From Octopus sinensis (Eukaryota): a stretch of DNA of 64,000 bases. Below the pieces are notes generated by a model, which saw only the letters and a list, made by a program, of their open reading frames with translations, was not told the DNA's origin and made no database searches. The stretch lies in the NCBI RefSeq assembly GCF_006345805.1, contig NC_043006.1:24862001-24926000 (forward strand). Reading direction: 5' to 3'. This document shows positions 24,656 through 38,460 of the stretch, piece by piece (position 1 is the first letter of the stretch; each line of letters begins with the position of its first letter). The position numbers were made by a program, and so were the translations under genes.

Positions 24656-24846
24656 TCCTCACCCTCTTTTACTATCCTATATCTCTCTCCACTATAAAAA
24701 GAGACAAATCTCCTGAAAAATTCAATCTGAAGAATCCACTAGAGTGGATGCAAGCGCTATTATATGATTTATGTGACATATTAATAAAAATTTGTATATA
24801 TAAAACCATCTAGATTTCTGAGTACCTTATTTCTTCTAATATATTG

Positions 24847-24919
<73 letters not shown>

Positions 24920-25099
24920 CAAAGAAATTCTAACTGTGCCCGTTTTTTATGTTTTATTTATATTCTTTATAATATTAATGTAGAATATAGAATAAATAGT
25001 ATAAATGATATATATATAGTAAAATGAAATGAAGTATTGGTTGTATTACTGAATAGATGAAATATTGAATATACAATATTAAATGACTACTGTGCTTTC

Positions 25100-25485
25100 T
25101 TGCATTATAGCAGTCTTCAAGATCCCAGGTTGTGACAGTAGTGTTTCAACTGTGGTTGAGTGGCTGTCTATTGTCCTTTATATATGTTCCTGTGGGCTGC
25201 AGTAGTAGTTGTTTGGCTATTTTTAGAAATGATACCAAACCATTTTTCCATATTTATTTTTTAAAATGATGATAGCAGTACTTTTTAGAAATTTTTTGTT
25301 TTTGTTATATGGGATAAGATTTTTAGACACCAAATAAGATTAATCTAATCGTTGTTTGTTAAGCTTGGGTTTGAATTTCTTAATAAAGTCCTTTTCTCTC
25401 AGTTTTCTCTCAATTTCATTCAGGTTGTAAAGTTTATGAAATGGGAATATCATAAAAGTATTCTGACCACAATTTGCCAGATGGT
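25100..25485 (-). mobile_element. Penelope-like extreme C-terminus and 3' tail
   Basis: [19 protein letters not shown]...[17 protein letters not shown]. Confidence 0.75.
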
Positions 25486-25526
25486 TATATATATATATAT
25501 ATATACATTGTGTGTATATATATATA

Positions 25527-25575
<49 letters not shown>

Positions 25576-25586
25576 TATATACATAC

Positions 25587-25701
<115 letters not shown>

Positions 25702-25753
25702 TATGCCATATATATATACACACCACACACATATATATGTGTATATATATATA

Positions 25754-25807
<54 letters not shown>

Positions 25808-27059
25808 TATACGGCAAATAAGAGAATGGAGAGGATACAAGACGACATACATCGGCTGGTAAACAATCAGGTGTGTCTATTTATTCCAAAGTATTATAAA
25901 GTATTAGAAGAAAATATACACATGTAGCAACTATGTGTTATGCACACATTACAGAAAAGAGCAAAAAGGTCAGTTCATTACGGCTATTTCTGCCAAGAGG
26001 CAACGAAATCCTCCATGCCATCTCCATCTCTTCAGTGATTGGCAGATAAAGTTTGGATGATGAGTGTACCTCTAGGCTTCTTCAGAGTGTCTAAGTGGTT
26101 AGGAGGGCTAATACATATAATATAAACAGCTAACAATAGGTACATTGTATTTGTCATTATTAAAAAGGGCAGAAAAAGAATACGAGCAAACATGAGGCTG
26201 TGAGAGAAGTACAACTTTTAAAATGAATTAGGTAAAGGAAGGAGAAATAAGTTACAAACTGCTATGTGTCAATGAAATCTTCATGATTAAAGCCAACCTT
26301 CTGCTTGTTAATTCCCTTCAGGAGAGAAATGTTTCCTGCCTTCACAATGCTAAGCACACTTTTTCTAAATACCATTTAGTACTAGTTATTTAACCCCCAC
26401 TAACACTAGCACCCCTCCTTATTCATATCATTATAACAATATTCCTATTATCAATACCTTCCTGTACATGGCCACCATATAATGGTTGCATATCCCCCCA
26501 TTGTGTTTCATGCCCTGGTTCTTCCCACCCTAACTAGTATGTGATTTACCTTTTCCAGGTAGGTATTTGCATATACTTTTGAGTGTATGTATGTATGAAT
26601 ATATGCATGCTGCCTATGCGGGTGTATATATGTATGTATACATGTATGTGTGTATCTATGCATGTGTGTGTGCGCATATATAAGTACAAACGATTGTAAC
26701 CTTATTTCTTTGTGTGTAAGTATGTGTAGGTATAGTGCTTTGTATGTATAGGTGAATACTTGTATTGTGTCTGTATGTACGAGTGCATTCTTTGAGTGTA
26801 TATATATATGTATATATATGTATGTGTATATGTATGTGTATATATATATATGTATGGGTGAGTGTGTTTGTGTGTACATATATATGTATATGTATATATA
26901 TATGGGTGTGTATGCATGTGTGTGTATATACACACATATTTTTGTGTATGTATGCATATATGCACAAATTTATATAGGTATATATGAGAGACTATGTAAG
27001 AAGCCATAGATTCTTGGATTTTTACACACATGTATTACACACATGTATCCATAGTTGTG

Positions 27060-28030
27060 GAAATAGATATATACATGTGTGCATATGTGAAAAATACCAA
27101 TTGGAAAAGCATCCTTCAAACCTAACAATTTAAATAATAATAGAATAAGCATTGACAGGAAATTGGATGCTAAAACTGGAACGAATCTTAGGTTAGATAA
27201 TAAAGGTAATGATGAGAAAGTATTGATTACTCCTAGATATGAAAACTACTGGAAATAGGAACATACCTAATAATCAGGTCACGATTCTAGGGAGCAGTGA
27301 TAGAACAGGTAGATCCCGCCCTTACTTACGCCATAAGTTTGAAAGTAAGAACTTCGTCTGGTTCAATATCCCTTACAACTATGCCAAATCCACAAACATA
27401 TATATGTGAAATTTATGACTATTTTAGAAAAAAACTTCCCTATTTCGCATAGATATAACAGAATCTTTTCACATAAGACAGTTAGAATCTCGTACCATCA
27501 TAGCTAGATTAAATAGGAAGAATATAAAATTAGTTAGAGGTGATGATGATGATAATAATAATAATAATAATAATAATACTGTCAACTAAAACATAAACCT
27601 CCAAAATGAGAATAGTAATATTAATGTAGAAGTGGAAAATGCAAATGACAGTGTTAATACTTCTAATATACACAATATAGATTGTGCCTATACTAGCACA
27701 GAAATAAATGTACAATCATAACTACAACTGGTAACTTTATATATATTGGATGTTCGATTAATATGAAAAGATGTCTGTACAATCACTTCTCCTCTTTTAG
27801 ACTTAAACATATGGCTAATTGTACATCATTATCTAATAAGATTTGGGAACTGAAGGAAAGCAGAATTGAGTTTAGCCTTAAATAGGAAATAATAAGAAAA
27901 GTGCAACCTTATAGAAATAGTAGATATGGGTGTGAGCTGTGCTCTATGGAAATATAGGAGATTTTTAAGCATAAAGAGAAGAGCAACCTGATTAACAATA
28001 GATTGTACCTCAGGGTATCATGCATACATA
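27060..28030 (+). mobile_element. Decayed Penelope-like element (linker + GIY-YIG), same family as 13700-15730
   Basis: NFVWFNIPYNYAKSTNIY..F..ILEKNFPISHRYNRIFSHKTVRISY; YIGCS motif. Confidence 0.7.
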
Positions 28031-28344
28031 GTGTCACCCATACATTTAAATATTTTCAAAAGTAGCACTTTATAGGTGCTGTGCTTGAACTAAATTTATG
28101 GAACCTTACTTTTAATATTTTAGTGGTAGATCTGAATAGTCTCATCTTCTAAATATATATATATATATATAATAAATTTATGTGATATTCAGTTACATGA
28201 GGAATTAAAGTACTTTGCATATAATATAAGCTATATACTATAGTAAGTTAGAGTGTGTATGTAGTTAGTATATTATCCTGTAAATATTCATGCCTAATTA
28301 GCATAACTTCATCATGTTTTTTGTAATTAATCTTTTTATCTTTT

Positions 28345-28950
28345 TCTATAGTGTTCTACCACTCTGATCATATTATTTATTTTTATAAAGTTCTTTTTGT
28401 AAGTAGTCCTCCTAATTAAGTACCCCAAATGAAGCTATATTATCATGTCTAGATTAATACTGGTAACTTATATTTTACCTCTTAGTTTATAATTAATATA
28501 TAGTTTACATGTTCTATGGCCTCAATATTCCTCTAGTTAATACCAGTTATCAGTCTTTACAGATATCACCTAATAAATAGATAATTTAGTTTTAAATGAT
28601 TGAATTAATAAAAAATTTCTATATAATCTTCTCTTTTCTATTGACGATAATAAGGCATATATGCTTCATCATGGTTTTAGTGATTAAGCTATTTATTCCC
28701 TTCTATGGTGTTTTACGCTACCTGATCATATTATTTTATAATAGCCTTTATGAAATTAAACATAATTTTTGTACCCCTAGATATTTATATTAGCTTATAT
28801 ATAACAACACCGGAAGCTTTACAACTTCTAATATACCTCTTAGATTATAATTAATATATAGTTAGCATGTTCTATCACCCCAGTACTCCTTTATTAAATG
28901 CCAGTAAACGTCAGTGATCAATCTTCATAAATACCATCTGATAAGTAAAT
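28345..28950. repeat. Diverged direct repeat, ~250-bp arms ~356 bp apart
   Basis: Shared ctgatcatattattt and acctcttag(t/a)ttataattaatatatagtt(t/a)(a/g)catgttctat. Confidence 0.7.
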
Positions 28951-29592
28951 ATTTAAGTATATGAATAAATATTAAACTAATTATATGTAATTTCTTTTCT
29001 CCCCCTATTGTAAATTTTGGTATATACTCAAAAGTATTCAAGATTTTATCCTTTTGATTATGATATTCTTCTTAATATTTTTCTTGATAACCCTAAATTT
29101 TATCTTTATACAATATAACAATATTGTTTAAATCATTCAACTATAGTACACCATGATAACATTTTCCCTGTATTATCATCACTGGTTTTATTAGAGTTTT
29201 GCTTCTTTAATGGATCACTAACATCTTGATTTAAGTTCTTTTACCAAACCTCATTATAGACAGTTACTTTATAACTACTTCAAACTAATCTTGACAAGTT
29301 TTATGACTATACCCACTATGATTCTGTCAACTCCCTCATACCCTTTCCTAACAAACAATGCTCTTTGGCCTTAGATTTTGATATACAAAGATTTGATAAA
29401 GAAGACTATAAATTAAAACCTACCCCAAAATCAGTGACATGCTAGATTTCTAACAAGTTCTTTTCCTGAAATCCTAGTAGCTTCTAAGCTGAAGAGATAC
29501 AGCATGGACTTTGTCTCTCTTCTTACTCTCTTAGAAGATTTAAGTAAAATTATATAAATGTGTCCGACTGATTAAATAAATTCTATTTATTT

Positions 29593-29840
29593 ATGCAGCT
29601 GATATAGACCTGCATTTAAATTGATGTAATGATTGCATTGTTCAATTAAATGGAGTCTCTTGAAACGATCGTACTGCATCACCTCCGGATATCCTTTTGC
29701 TTATTTTGATTTTATTCACCTTATTTGAAACTGTACGGCTAATTCCACCCTAATTTTTGGTGCCTCAACTTACGAACCTGATTCATCTGAATCACAATTA
29801 TTTTGCTTAACTTGTTGACCAAACCTATATATATATAATG

Positions 29841-29914
<74 letters not shown>

Positions 29915-30070
29915 TATATATATATCTATATATTATACTGATGTGTCCTTCTAATTTAATTAAATTCTATGTCTTTGTGCAGCTAAAGATTGCTCTACAT
30001 TTTAAATTGATGTAATAAAATGATTGCATTGTTCAACTAAATGGAGTCACATGAAACAATTGTACTGCGT
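29593..30070 (+). ncRNA. Tandem pair of decayed hammerhead ribozymes (29593-29679 and 29977-30070) in a ~390-bp repeat unit
   Basis: Stem I ATGCAG/CTGCAT; long stem II attt(a)aattga/tcaattaaat; GAAA-CGATCG-TA in copy 1 and GAAA-CAATTG-TA in copy 2; CUGANGA cores damaged. Confidence 0.65.
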
Positions 30071-30191
30071 ATTGTTGCTTATTTTGATTTTAATCACCTA
30101 CTTAGAAATTGTATAGATAATACCATACTAAATTTTGGTGCCTCAACTTAAGCACCATATTCATCTGAATCTAAATTTTATATATATATAG

Positions 30192-30270
<79 letters not shown>

Positions 30271-30289
30271 TATTACTCAAAGCCTTTGA

Positions 30290-30540
30290 TAAAATAAAAG
30301 CCTTTCACAAAATAGCATCACATGATATGGAAGACAACTGGAGGTTTCTGCTGGACAACCTGCTGAGGGCCACTGACCAGATCTGTGGATGGTGCAAAGT
30401 CCCCTCTCGACCCAAGGTAACATGGTGGTGGAACAATGTTGTTAACAGGGCTATAAGAGAAAAGAAACAGGCATTGAAGGACTGGAAGGATGGAGGTAGC
30501 AGGGAATTGTATCTGACTGCCAGAAGGGAAGCAGATAAGA
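30290..30540 (+). mobile_element. Short internal RTE LINE fragment between microsatellites
   Basis: MEDNWRFLLDNLLRATDQICGWCKVPSRPKVTWWWN, homologous to 11880-12130. Confidence 0.9.
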
Positions 30541-30562
30541 ATATAAATATATATATAATATA

Positions 30563-30646
<84 letters not shown>

Positions 30647-30659
30647 TATAAATTTATAT

Positions 30660-31405
30660 AATAATGGTAAAAAATTGAATATTATTTTGATTAATATCAA
30701 TTTAAAACCAGTGGCCTAGCATATTGAAAAATCTGAAGATTCAGAAAAATTATATTACATACATATAAACATATTACATACATATAAACATGTAAACGTA
30801 ATACTTACGTAAATGTCCGCAATTCATCAGTATGATCATCATAGCAAAATATAATTTGCAGAACTATACATGAAATGTCCACATGAGATTGAACATGCAT
30901 ATAGTTCTACCCATTACATTTGGGGGTGTTATCTCAAAAGTCTTTGTTTTGGTGCGCCAAAATACCAGAAATGATTCTTCGGAGAATAATTCTCAGCAGT
31001 GAATTTTACCGGTTAGAGAACATGGTTATTTAAATTTAAATAATGAGGGTGAAAAATTGAATATTAATTTGATTAATATCAATTTAAAACCAGTGGCCTA
31101 GCATATTGAAAAATCTGAAGATGCAGAAAAATTATATTTCATACATATAAGAGGGATGACCACTAAGAGGACATCCATTGTGCTAGAGGTAGTTCCCATA
31201 TGGTCTGACCACTAAGAAAAGATTGTTCTCAAGAAAATTCAGCAAACGCCAGAACATAAGTGAGTAAGACAAATGAAAAGATACAAAATATAAAGATTAA
31301 TCACAAACCCGGTTTCATTGTTACCACTTACGTTATACTTAGATAAATGTCCACAATTCATCAGTGTGATCGTTCTGATCCCTCTTATGTGTGTGTGTGT
31401 GTGTG

Positions 31406-31493
<88 letters not shown>

Positions 31494-31523
31494 ATATATA
31501 TGTATATATAATATATGTGTATA

Positions 31524-31557
<34 letters not shown>

Positions 31558-31710
31558 ATATATATGTATATATATATATGTGTATAATATATATATATAT
31601 ATGTATATATATATGTATATATATATGTATATATATATTGAATGCTGGACTACTGGTTTTAAATTGATATTAAAATTAATATTAATTTATCTCCCTCAAT
31701 TTTTAAATAT
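30660..31710 (-). mobile_element. Non-coding PLE pLTR-like segment with direct (30667-30770 / 31048-31155) and inverted (31660-31700) repeats
   Basis: Near-identical ~100-bp blocks plus two CTGATGA-ATTG hammerhead starts on the minus strand. Confidence 0.6.
31299..31370 (-). ncRNA. Near-intact type I hammerhead ribozyme
   Basis: ATCACA-CTGATGA-ATTGT(loop)ACAAT-GAAA-CCGG-GTT-TGTGAT; stems I and II perfect, core intact. Confidence 0.7.
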
Positions 31711-31790
31711 ATATATATATATATATGTATGTATATATATATTATATATATAATATATATATGTATAAATATATATATTATATATATATG

Positions 31791-31846
<56 letters not shown>

Positions 31847-31849
31847 ATA

Positions 31850-32238
31850 TAGGTAAACAGTAAAATTAATTACAGACATGGACAAGAACATGAAACACCA
31901 CAGAGACGACACAAGAACCACAGGACGGGACATTCGAAGCCCTCAGTCATCAGTCAAGAACCAGATCATCTTAGCAATTTCGGCTGATTAATCTTGAGAT
32001 TGCTCCGATATGGCCAGCCCGCCAAGGGAAATCTAAGCCAAGCGCATTAGATCCCCTGGAAGAAAGCTTCGAATGTATACAACGAAGGACGGAAAACGAT
32101 CGAAGTACACAAACAAAAATACAGAATACGTGACACCAATAAGAATACAAAAACGTAAAAACAATAACGGTAAAAATAAAAAATAAACAACAAAACAAAA
32201 CCAGGACGTAGGACAAGGGTCTTTCGACAGGACGATTT

Positions 32239-32305
<67 letters not shown>

Positions 32306-34640
32306 CAAGTGGAGTTGTAGGGTACCGCACGAGTGGAATTATCTATTTCAAGGGACACTGTAGGTGAGTTTGGGTGGGGGGAAGGAAGAGTAATGTGGAA
32401 CTGAAAAGAATTTCTCCTTTTTGTCTCTCCTTCATGCATCAATGATTTGGGGGATTGGCTTTAGAGATCAGGATGGTTCGAGTGTGTGTATATATACATA
32501 TGTGGTGTGAATAGATGTGTCTGTGTGTTTGTAAAATCTGGTAGGATGGTGTGTGTATATGTGTGCCCGTTTGTATGTGTGTGGTTAATGTTTGTTAGTG
32601 TGTTGCGTGTGCGTTAGTGTGTATGTGTTTGTTCGTATGTGTGTCCATGTGTGTTGGGTTTGTCTGGGTGGCAAGTGTGTGTTTATACGTTTTGTTTGTG
32701 TTGGTATTGAGTATCTGTTTGTGTGTGTGCATATATATGGTGCCAGTGTGTGTGCGTATATATGGTGCCAGTGTGTGTCTTTGATGTGTTTGTTTTGGAT
32801 GTGTGCCTGGGGGGTATATTAGAGTATGTTTAGTTGTAGTCTGTATTTTTGAATAAGATTATTTTCCCTATTTATTCATGTTTGGTCTGTGGTGTTGTCT
32901 GGGCATTGGTATTGTGGGGAAACTAAGAATTTGGGGGACTTATTGTGTGCACAGAGGTCTAAGTGTCCACTAAGTGGTATCTGTCTTGTGGTGGGGTCCC
33001 TCAGTTGTTGGCAATGAACTGTCATCCTTTCTCTGAGGGTAAGGCTCGTTTGCCCTATGTAGTCTTTGTGGCACCCTTCACACCTTATGACATAGAGTAA
33101 ATTTTTTTGATGCGCAGGTGAAATTATTTTTATGATAAAGTGTGTCCTGACTGGAACTTGTACGTTGATCCCCCAATGAGGTGGATGCAAGTCTTGCAGT
33201 TGGAACGACCACATTTTTTGACGGTGGGCAGTGGGTTTGTGTTATGTAATTTTGCGTTGATGAGTAGGTTTTTTAGGGATTTAGGTTGTCTCTTACTTTT
33301 ATTATTTTATGAGCTGCGAGTAATTTTTTTAGGCGTGGGTCTTGATTTAGCTGTGGAATGTTGTATATAATAGTGTAAGCTTCTGCATTTCTTTGGTTGT
33401 TTGTTGAGAGATAGGGGAGGCTATTTACTGTACTGTGGATGTGTTTTGGTTTTCGTAAGTCTTGAGTGTTAATTGATTTGGCCCGTTCTATTCCGTTGTC
33501 CACTAGTGATGCTGGGTAATGTCTTTCGAGAAGAATTGCCCTTAGTTCTCGGAGTCTTCTATCTTGTGTTGTGTCATTTGAGACAATTATGCAGATTCTT
33601 CTCACTAGGTTGAAGGGGATATTTGTCTTTGTGTGCTTTGGGTGATTGAAGGTGAATAGAAGGTATTATTTAGAATCAGTGGGTTTGTAATGGATGTCAG
33701 TTTCAATGTTGACGCCTTTTTTAATGATTAGAATGTCAAGAAAAGGGAGTTGGTCCTGACTATATTCCATTGTGAATTGGATGTGGTTATTTACACTGTT
33801 GATAAGGTTTTTGAAGTCAATAAGTTGGTCGAGTGTGTGGGACCATAGGATGAGGCAATCATCTAAGTAGCGTTTCCAGTTCTCCAACAGGTATTTGTGG
33901 AAAGACTGGCCATACTTATATTTGGATTTTTCATAAATATGTGATTCCAGGTAGGCCATCACCAGATTTGCATAGGTAGGGGCAACTTTCGTACCCATTG
34001 CAGTTCCTGAAACCTGTCTGTAAGTGTTATTATTTAAATTCATAAAGTTGTTTTGCAGAATAAATTTGAGGCCCTCAATGATGAATTCTTTTTTTATTCT
34101 TTCCGAGATCTCATTGGGATACTTATCCAGCCGGAATTTAATGGCTTCCCGTCCATATTCATGTGGGATCGTAGTGTAGAGGTTTATTACATCAAAGGAG
34201 ACGATTAAAGTGTCTTTATCGGTATGTTTGGGGAGATGATTTAAAAGGTCTAGGTCATCTCTTACAATACTTGGAATGTGTTTCAGTATTGGTTTTAGGA
34301 TGATATCGATAAAGTTGCTAAGTCTGTGTTTCACAGCTTGGGCCTGCCACTATTGGTCTCAGTTTGAGATCAGTGGGATGTGGTATAGTGATGCAGGTTG
34401 AAGTGGACTTTTTGCAAGCTTCTGTGATAATTTCACTCTTATGTATTTTTGGAAGCCTGTAGAGCATGCTGGTTTTGCAATTAAAGTTTGTTATGTAGTC
34501 ACATTCCTTTACTGTTAAGTCATTCCAGTGTTGGTAAATGAGTGCCTTCAATTTGGTCATTATTTTGGATTGCTGGTGAGTTTCTTTTCCTGTTTTGTCC
34601 CCCAGTTTTGGGGTACAAGTCAATTAAATTGTTTTCGTTT
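31850..34640 (-). mobile_element. Penelope-like element, 5'-truncated, near-complete RT + GIY-YIG with stops and frameshifts; 3' tail and pLTR at 31850-32870
   Basis: LPKIHK, LRPIVAGP, SFDVINLYTTIP, YRQVSGTAMGTKVAPTYANL, WKRYLDD, LPFLDI, LLYVIRCEGCHKDYIGQT. Confidence 0.95.
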
Positions 34641-35949
34641 TTTTCTCGAAATGGAGAAAACTAAACTGAATGCACTGATGCTCATATGTGAGAGAGGGGG
34701 AGAAAGTGAGGAGCATCACCAAATGACAGTAAGAGAGGGTGCGAGTGTTGCCTATCTCAAAAAAAAAACAGACAGCAAATCTGTTTTTATTGAAAAATAA
34801 AGATAAAAATGACAACAGGGCCAATTGAGAACCTTTGAGGGATCTTTCAAAAAATAATGACCCCATCACAGCAGCAACATTATTTTGCAAGCACTACAAA
34901 GAGAGAGAGAACCAGATGTCACCTATGAGAGTGTAAACAATGAAAGCCCTTTTTGTGAGTGAATCGACAGGTGGTGTCAATCCAAGAACAACCAACAATA
35001 ACAGGAACAGCAGCAACAACAACAGCAACAACAATGATAGCAGTGATGAAGATAAAGGAAGTGAGCAGGAAGCCGGTGCAACAGCTTGAAATATCACTAG
35101 ACATTTTTTTGCTACTGCCACGAAGTCCTCTCTTCAGAGAATAAGAAGATTCTCTGCAAACAAAATCAGAAATGCTGGTTGAGTGAGATGGGTTGGCTGT
35201 CAAACTAAACATCCTCATCAACTCTATCCAAAGCACAGTACGTGGCATAGAGACATGCCACATGAGTTGATTAAAGTCGAGGAGGGTGGAAAGAGCCACC
35301 AAGGCACAAATCTAAAAAGCTGTAGGTTCCATTTGGAACCTAAAAGAATACATACAAAGAGGAAGGTGTTACAGGAAGATGGAGGTTACAGAACAGAGGA
35401 GGAAGCAAAATCTCACTCTCTCAAACCCTCAAAAGTGAGGAGTTGTTGTTGGCAGGACCAGATTTAAATCATTTGAGGTCCTGGGCATTTCAAGTTCAGT
35501 GGGTCCCTTATACACAAGAATTAAAATCTTAGAAAATTACCAAATTTAAATCTCAAAATCCATCTATTTCATGTAACTGAATTTGATGAGTTAGCAGAGA
35601 AAGTTTTAATAAATGACTGAATATGTTGCATTATAGATATTCTTTTCAAATTTCGAATTTCGTTTTTCACACATCCACTTGAGGTGTTTGACTTTTCCTT
35701 CATTGTGGAAAGTACAATGAAGGAGGGAAGAGGCAAGTAAGATCTTTTTCTTTTAATGTGAGTTGTAAATGTTTCAGAATGTAGACAGAAAATTATTAAA
35801 AAAAAAAATCATTTTTGTGGTTGTTACTGTTCCAAAGGCATAATGAGTGTGTGTGTGTGTGTGTGAGGAGTGGGGTGGAGATACCAACATTTAAAAGACA
35901 TGGATTTTAAAAATTCTTTAAAAGCAGCTTCCCTTCATTGTTTTGCAAG

Positions 35950-36044
35950 GCACAAAAAAAGATAAAGTGGAGGAAATTCCAACAAAAAGGAGAAAATTCA
36001 AACAGCTACTTCCGAAAGTCTTGCTTTTCCAGTTTCCAGTAAGG
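35950..36044 (+). CDS. Candidate coding exon of plus-strand gene (TKKDKVEEIPTKRRKFKQLLPKVLLFQFPVR)
   Basis: Acceptor cttcattgttttgcaag and donor AGG|gtaagt; one open frame, ending in phase 0, compatible with the exon at 39326. Confidence 0.4.
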
Positions 36045-36499
36045 GTAAGTGGGGCACAATGAGTAATATTTACTCATTATAGTAGAAATGATCATCATAA
36101 TTATTATTACTCTTGGAGTGGAAAGCTGGCAGAGTTGTTAGTACTCCAGACAAAATGTTTTGAGGTATTTCATGTATTCACATTCTAAGTTCAAATTCTG
36201 CTGAGGTCAACTTTCCTTTTATCCTTTTGGGGTTCATGAATTAAGTACCCTCCCCCAAAATTTCAGGCATTGTGCCTATGGAAAGGATTACTGGAAACTC
36301 TTTTCCAAAATTCAGATGGCTCCCAATTCTTCATGCGAGTTAACTTTTTCTTGGTATGGGTTTATTTAAACAAACATTTAAAAAATGTTATCAAAAATTA
36401 AAGTTTGTAAGGAACAGTAAAAAAATAAAGATACTACTGTTTTTGCAGCGATAATATTTCATGTTGAATCAGCGATCATTCATTCATTATTGTAATATA

Positions 36500-36658
36500 T
36501 TTCTTTACTACCCACAAGGGGCTAAACATAGAGGGGACAAACAAGGACAGACAAAGAGATTAAGTCGATTACATCGACCCCAGTGCGTAACTGGTACTTA
36601 ATTTATCGACCCCGAAAGGATGAAAGGCAAAGTCGACCTCGACGGAATTTGAACCCAA
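36500..36658 (-). mobile_element. OR1-like SINE, 5'-truncated
   Basis: Reverse complement of the 3' two-thirds of the 8030 SINE. Confidence 0.9.
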
Positions 36659-37734
36659 TTCTGTCAACCCTCAGAAAACCCTCAGAAAAGTTTGTGATTA
36701 AAGTGGACTGCAATGTAATTTGAAAATAGTGTGCAAATGGAACTGAGAGACTGGGAAAAAAAATCAACATCTTAAGACATGAAATCTGAGGGAACCTAGG
36801 TGTGCATTTAGCCAAAGACTGTGGGCTCACCCAGACCAATTCATAGGAAAGAAAAGACATTTTTGTTATTTAATTTAGTCAAGATATCATTCTTTTGGTA
36901 GAGAATTCTTTTGTTACTAACAAGAGAATTCTCTTTGCATAAGATATGTTATTTGATCTGTATATGTCAAAAGTATAATGCTTGTTCTATCTTTCTATCC
37001 TTGTCTCTGTGATCATTGGGGCATTCATGGATGATGTTGCAGCCAGATTTCACCCCTTCTGCTGCCATCAGTGAGTCAGTAAAATTGGGGCCTGTTCACT
37101 TTTAGATGTTGATCCAAGCAACAACTGATTTGGTATGGACTCTGGTCTGGTTGTCATCATCATGTGTGTATCATGGGCAACTTAGCTTGGTGGTGCCTAT
37201 TCCTTTCTCAGTTGTTAACCGCAACCATACACCTCCACCACAAGCTTGCCTTGGCCTCAAACACTTGGCTATTGACCTGAGCAGGTTCCTCCACCCTAGC
37301 TGGTGATTCCTTGGGAAGCCTTACCCAGAGTCTTTCATCTACTTAGTGAAGTGGAGCATTGGGGTGTGTGGAACTAGGAATCATCAAGTGAGAGATGAGG
37401 AGTTGAATGAGGATCAGTGATAGCTGTCCACCTGACCTTCCCTGGCAAGGTACGGCTGCCAGACATCAGAGATACTACCTCCACTCTGTGACCTCTACAC
37501 TCCATGATGTATATAACCAAAATATAAGTGCAGTCATATTTTCAACTCACTTGCACTTTTACTTTTAATAACATTTTCTATCCAAAATACAACTATATCC
37601 AGTGACAACAAATTACTGCCAGCTCACTGTCTCTCTATCTCCAGTCTCGAGCTAATCGACTTTTTCGTTTTCCACATGAAACGGAAAATAAGGCTGGAGA
37701 AGAAATGCCTGCCGCAAAGTGTGTTTTGTAAAAG

Positions 37735-37817
37735 ATGGAAGTATATAGCAAGTATGTTGCGAGTGAAAGAACCTGTTTAATTGAGAATGTGAAAAAGGAG
37801 AAAGCAAAGTCTTCAGT
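37735..37817 (+). CDS. Candidate (first or alternative) exon MEVYSKYVASERTCLIENVKKEKAKSS in a locally CpG-richer segment
   Basis: ATG at 37735, open frame, donor gtgagt at 37818 (phase 2); upstream CGGAA motif. Confidence 0.4.
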
Positions 37818-38460
37818 GTGAGTATGTGGTTTGTGGGGTCAACCGCGTCCTCCGCTTCATTTTTTGTTAATCACTCATTCTCATTTAATTGTATATATTT
37901 TAATTGTTTGTTTATTCATACGTTTCATCTCATTCGATACCATGACCCCAACATTTGTTTTGTCTGTCCCCGTATTGTCCCGTCTTTTTCTCAACCTTAT
38001 GGTGAATAAAGACTCTCTCTCTCTCTCTCCCTCCTTCCCTCCCTCCATGTCTTCCTCTCTTCATCTTCTCTTAAAATTTTGCTGTGGTTGATTATACCTT
38101 TCTAGCTGTATGGGCTGAGAGATATTGCATTAATTTTCTATCTTATTGACTTTAAATTAAAGTGACATATTCCCTTTAACCTGATAACAATCAAGAAGCA
38201 TTCAAGTCATGACCATCTTGTATTTTTTCAGCCAGTATACATCCACGAACACTTTCATTTTCCAACATACCTTTCTCCTTTTAAAACTATATGGTGGAAT
38301 TTGAGGAAGACTTAGCTACTATTTCTAGCAGGTTAAGCTACCATGTAGTGACTTCCTCATTGGCTTGTCATGTACTAACTTTTAAAAATGTATAAAGTTC
38401 CACTCATTGTTAGTTTCAATCCCTGCTACATGTGAAAATTCCAAAAAGAAAAACAATACC

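Noticed and set aside
31925-32010. CTGATGA...GAATGTC and CTCAAGA...GAAATTGCT hammerhead-like strings on the minus strand
   Set aside because: Stem I and the cleavage triplet cannot be formed consistently.
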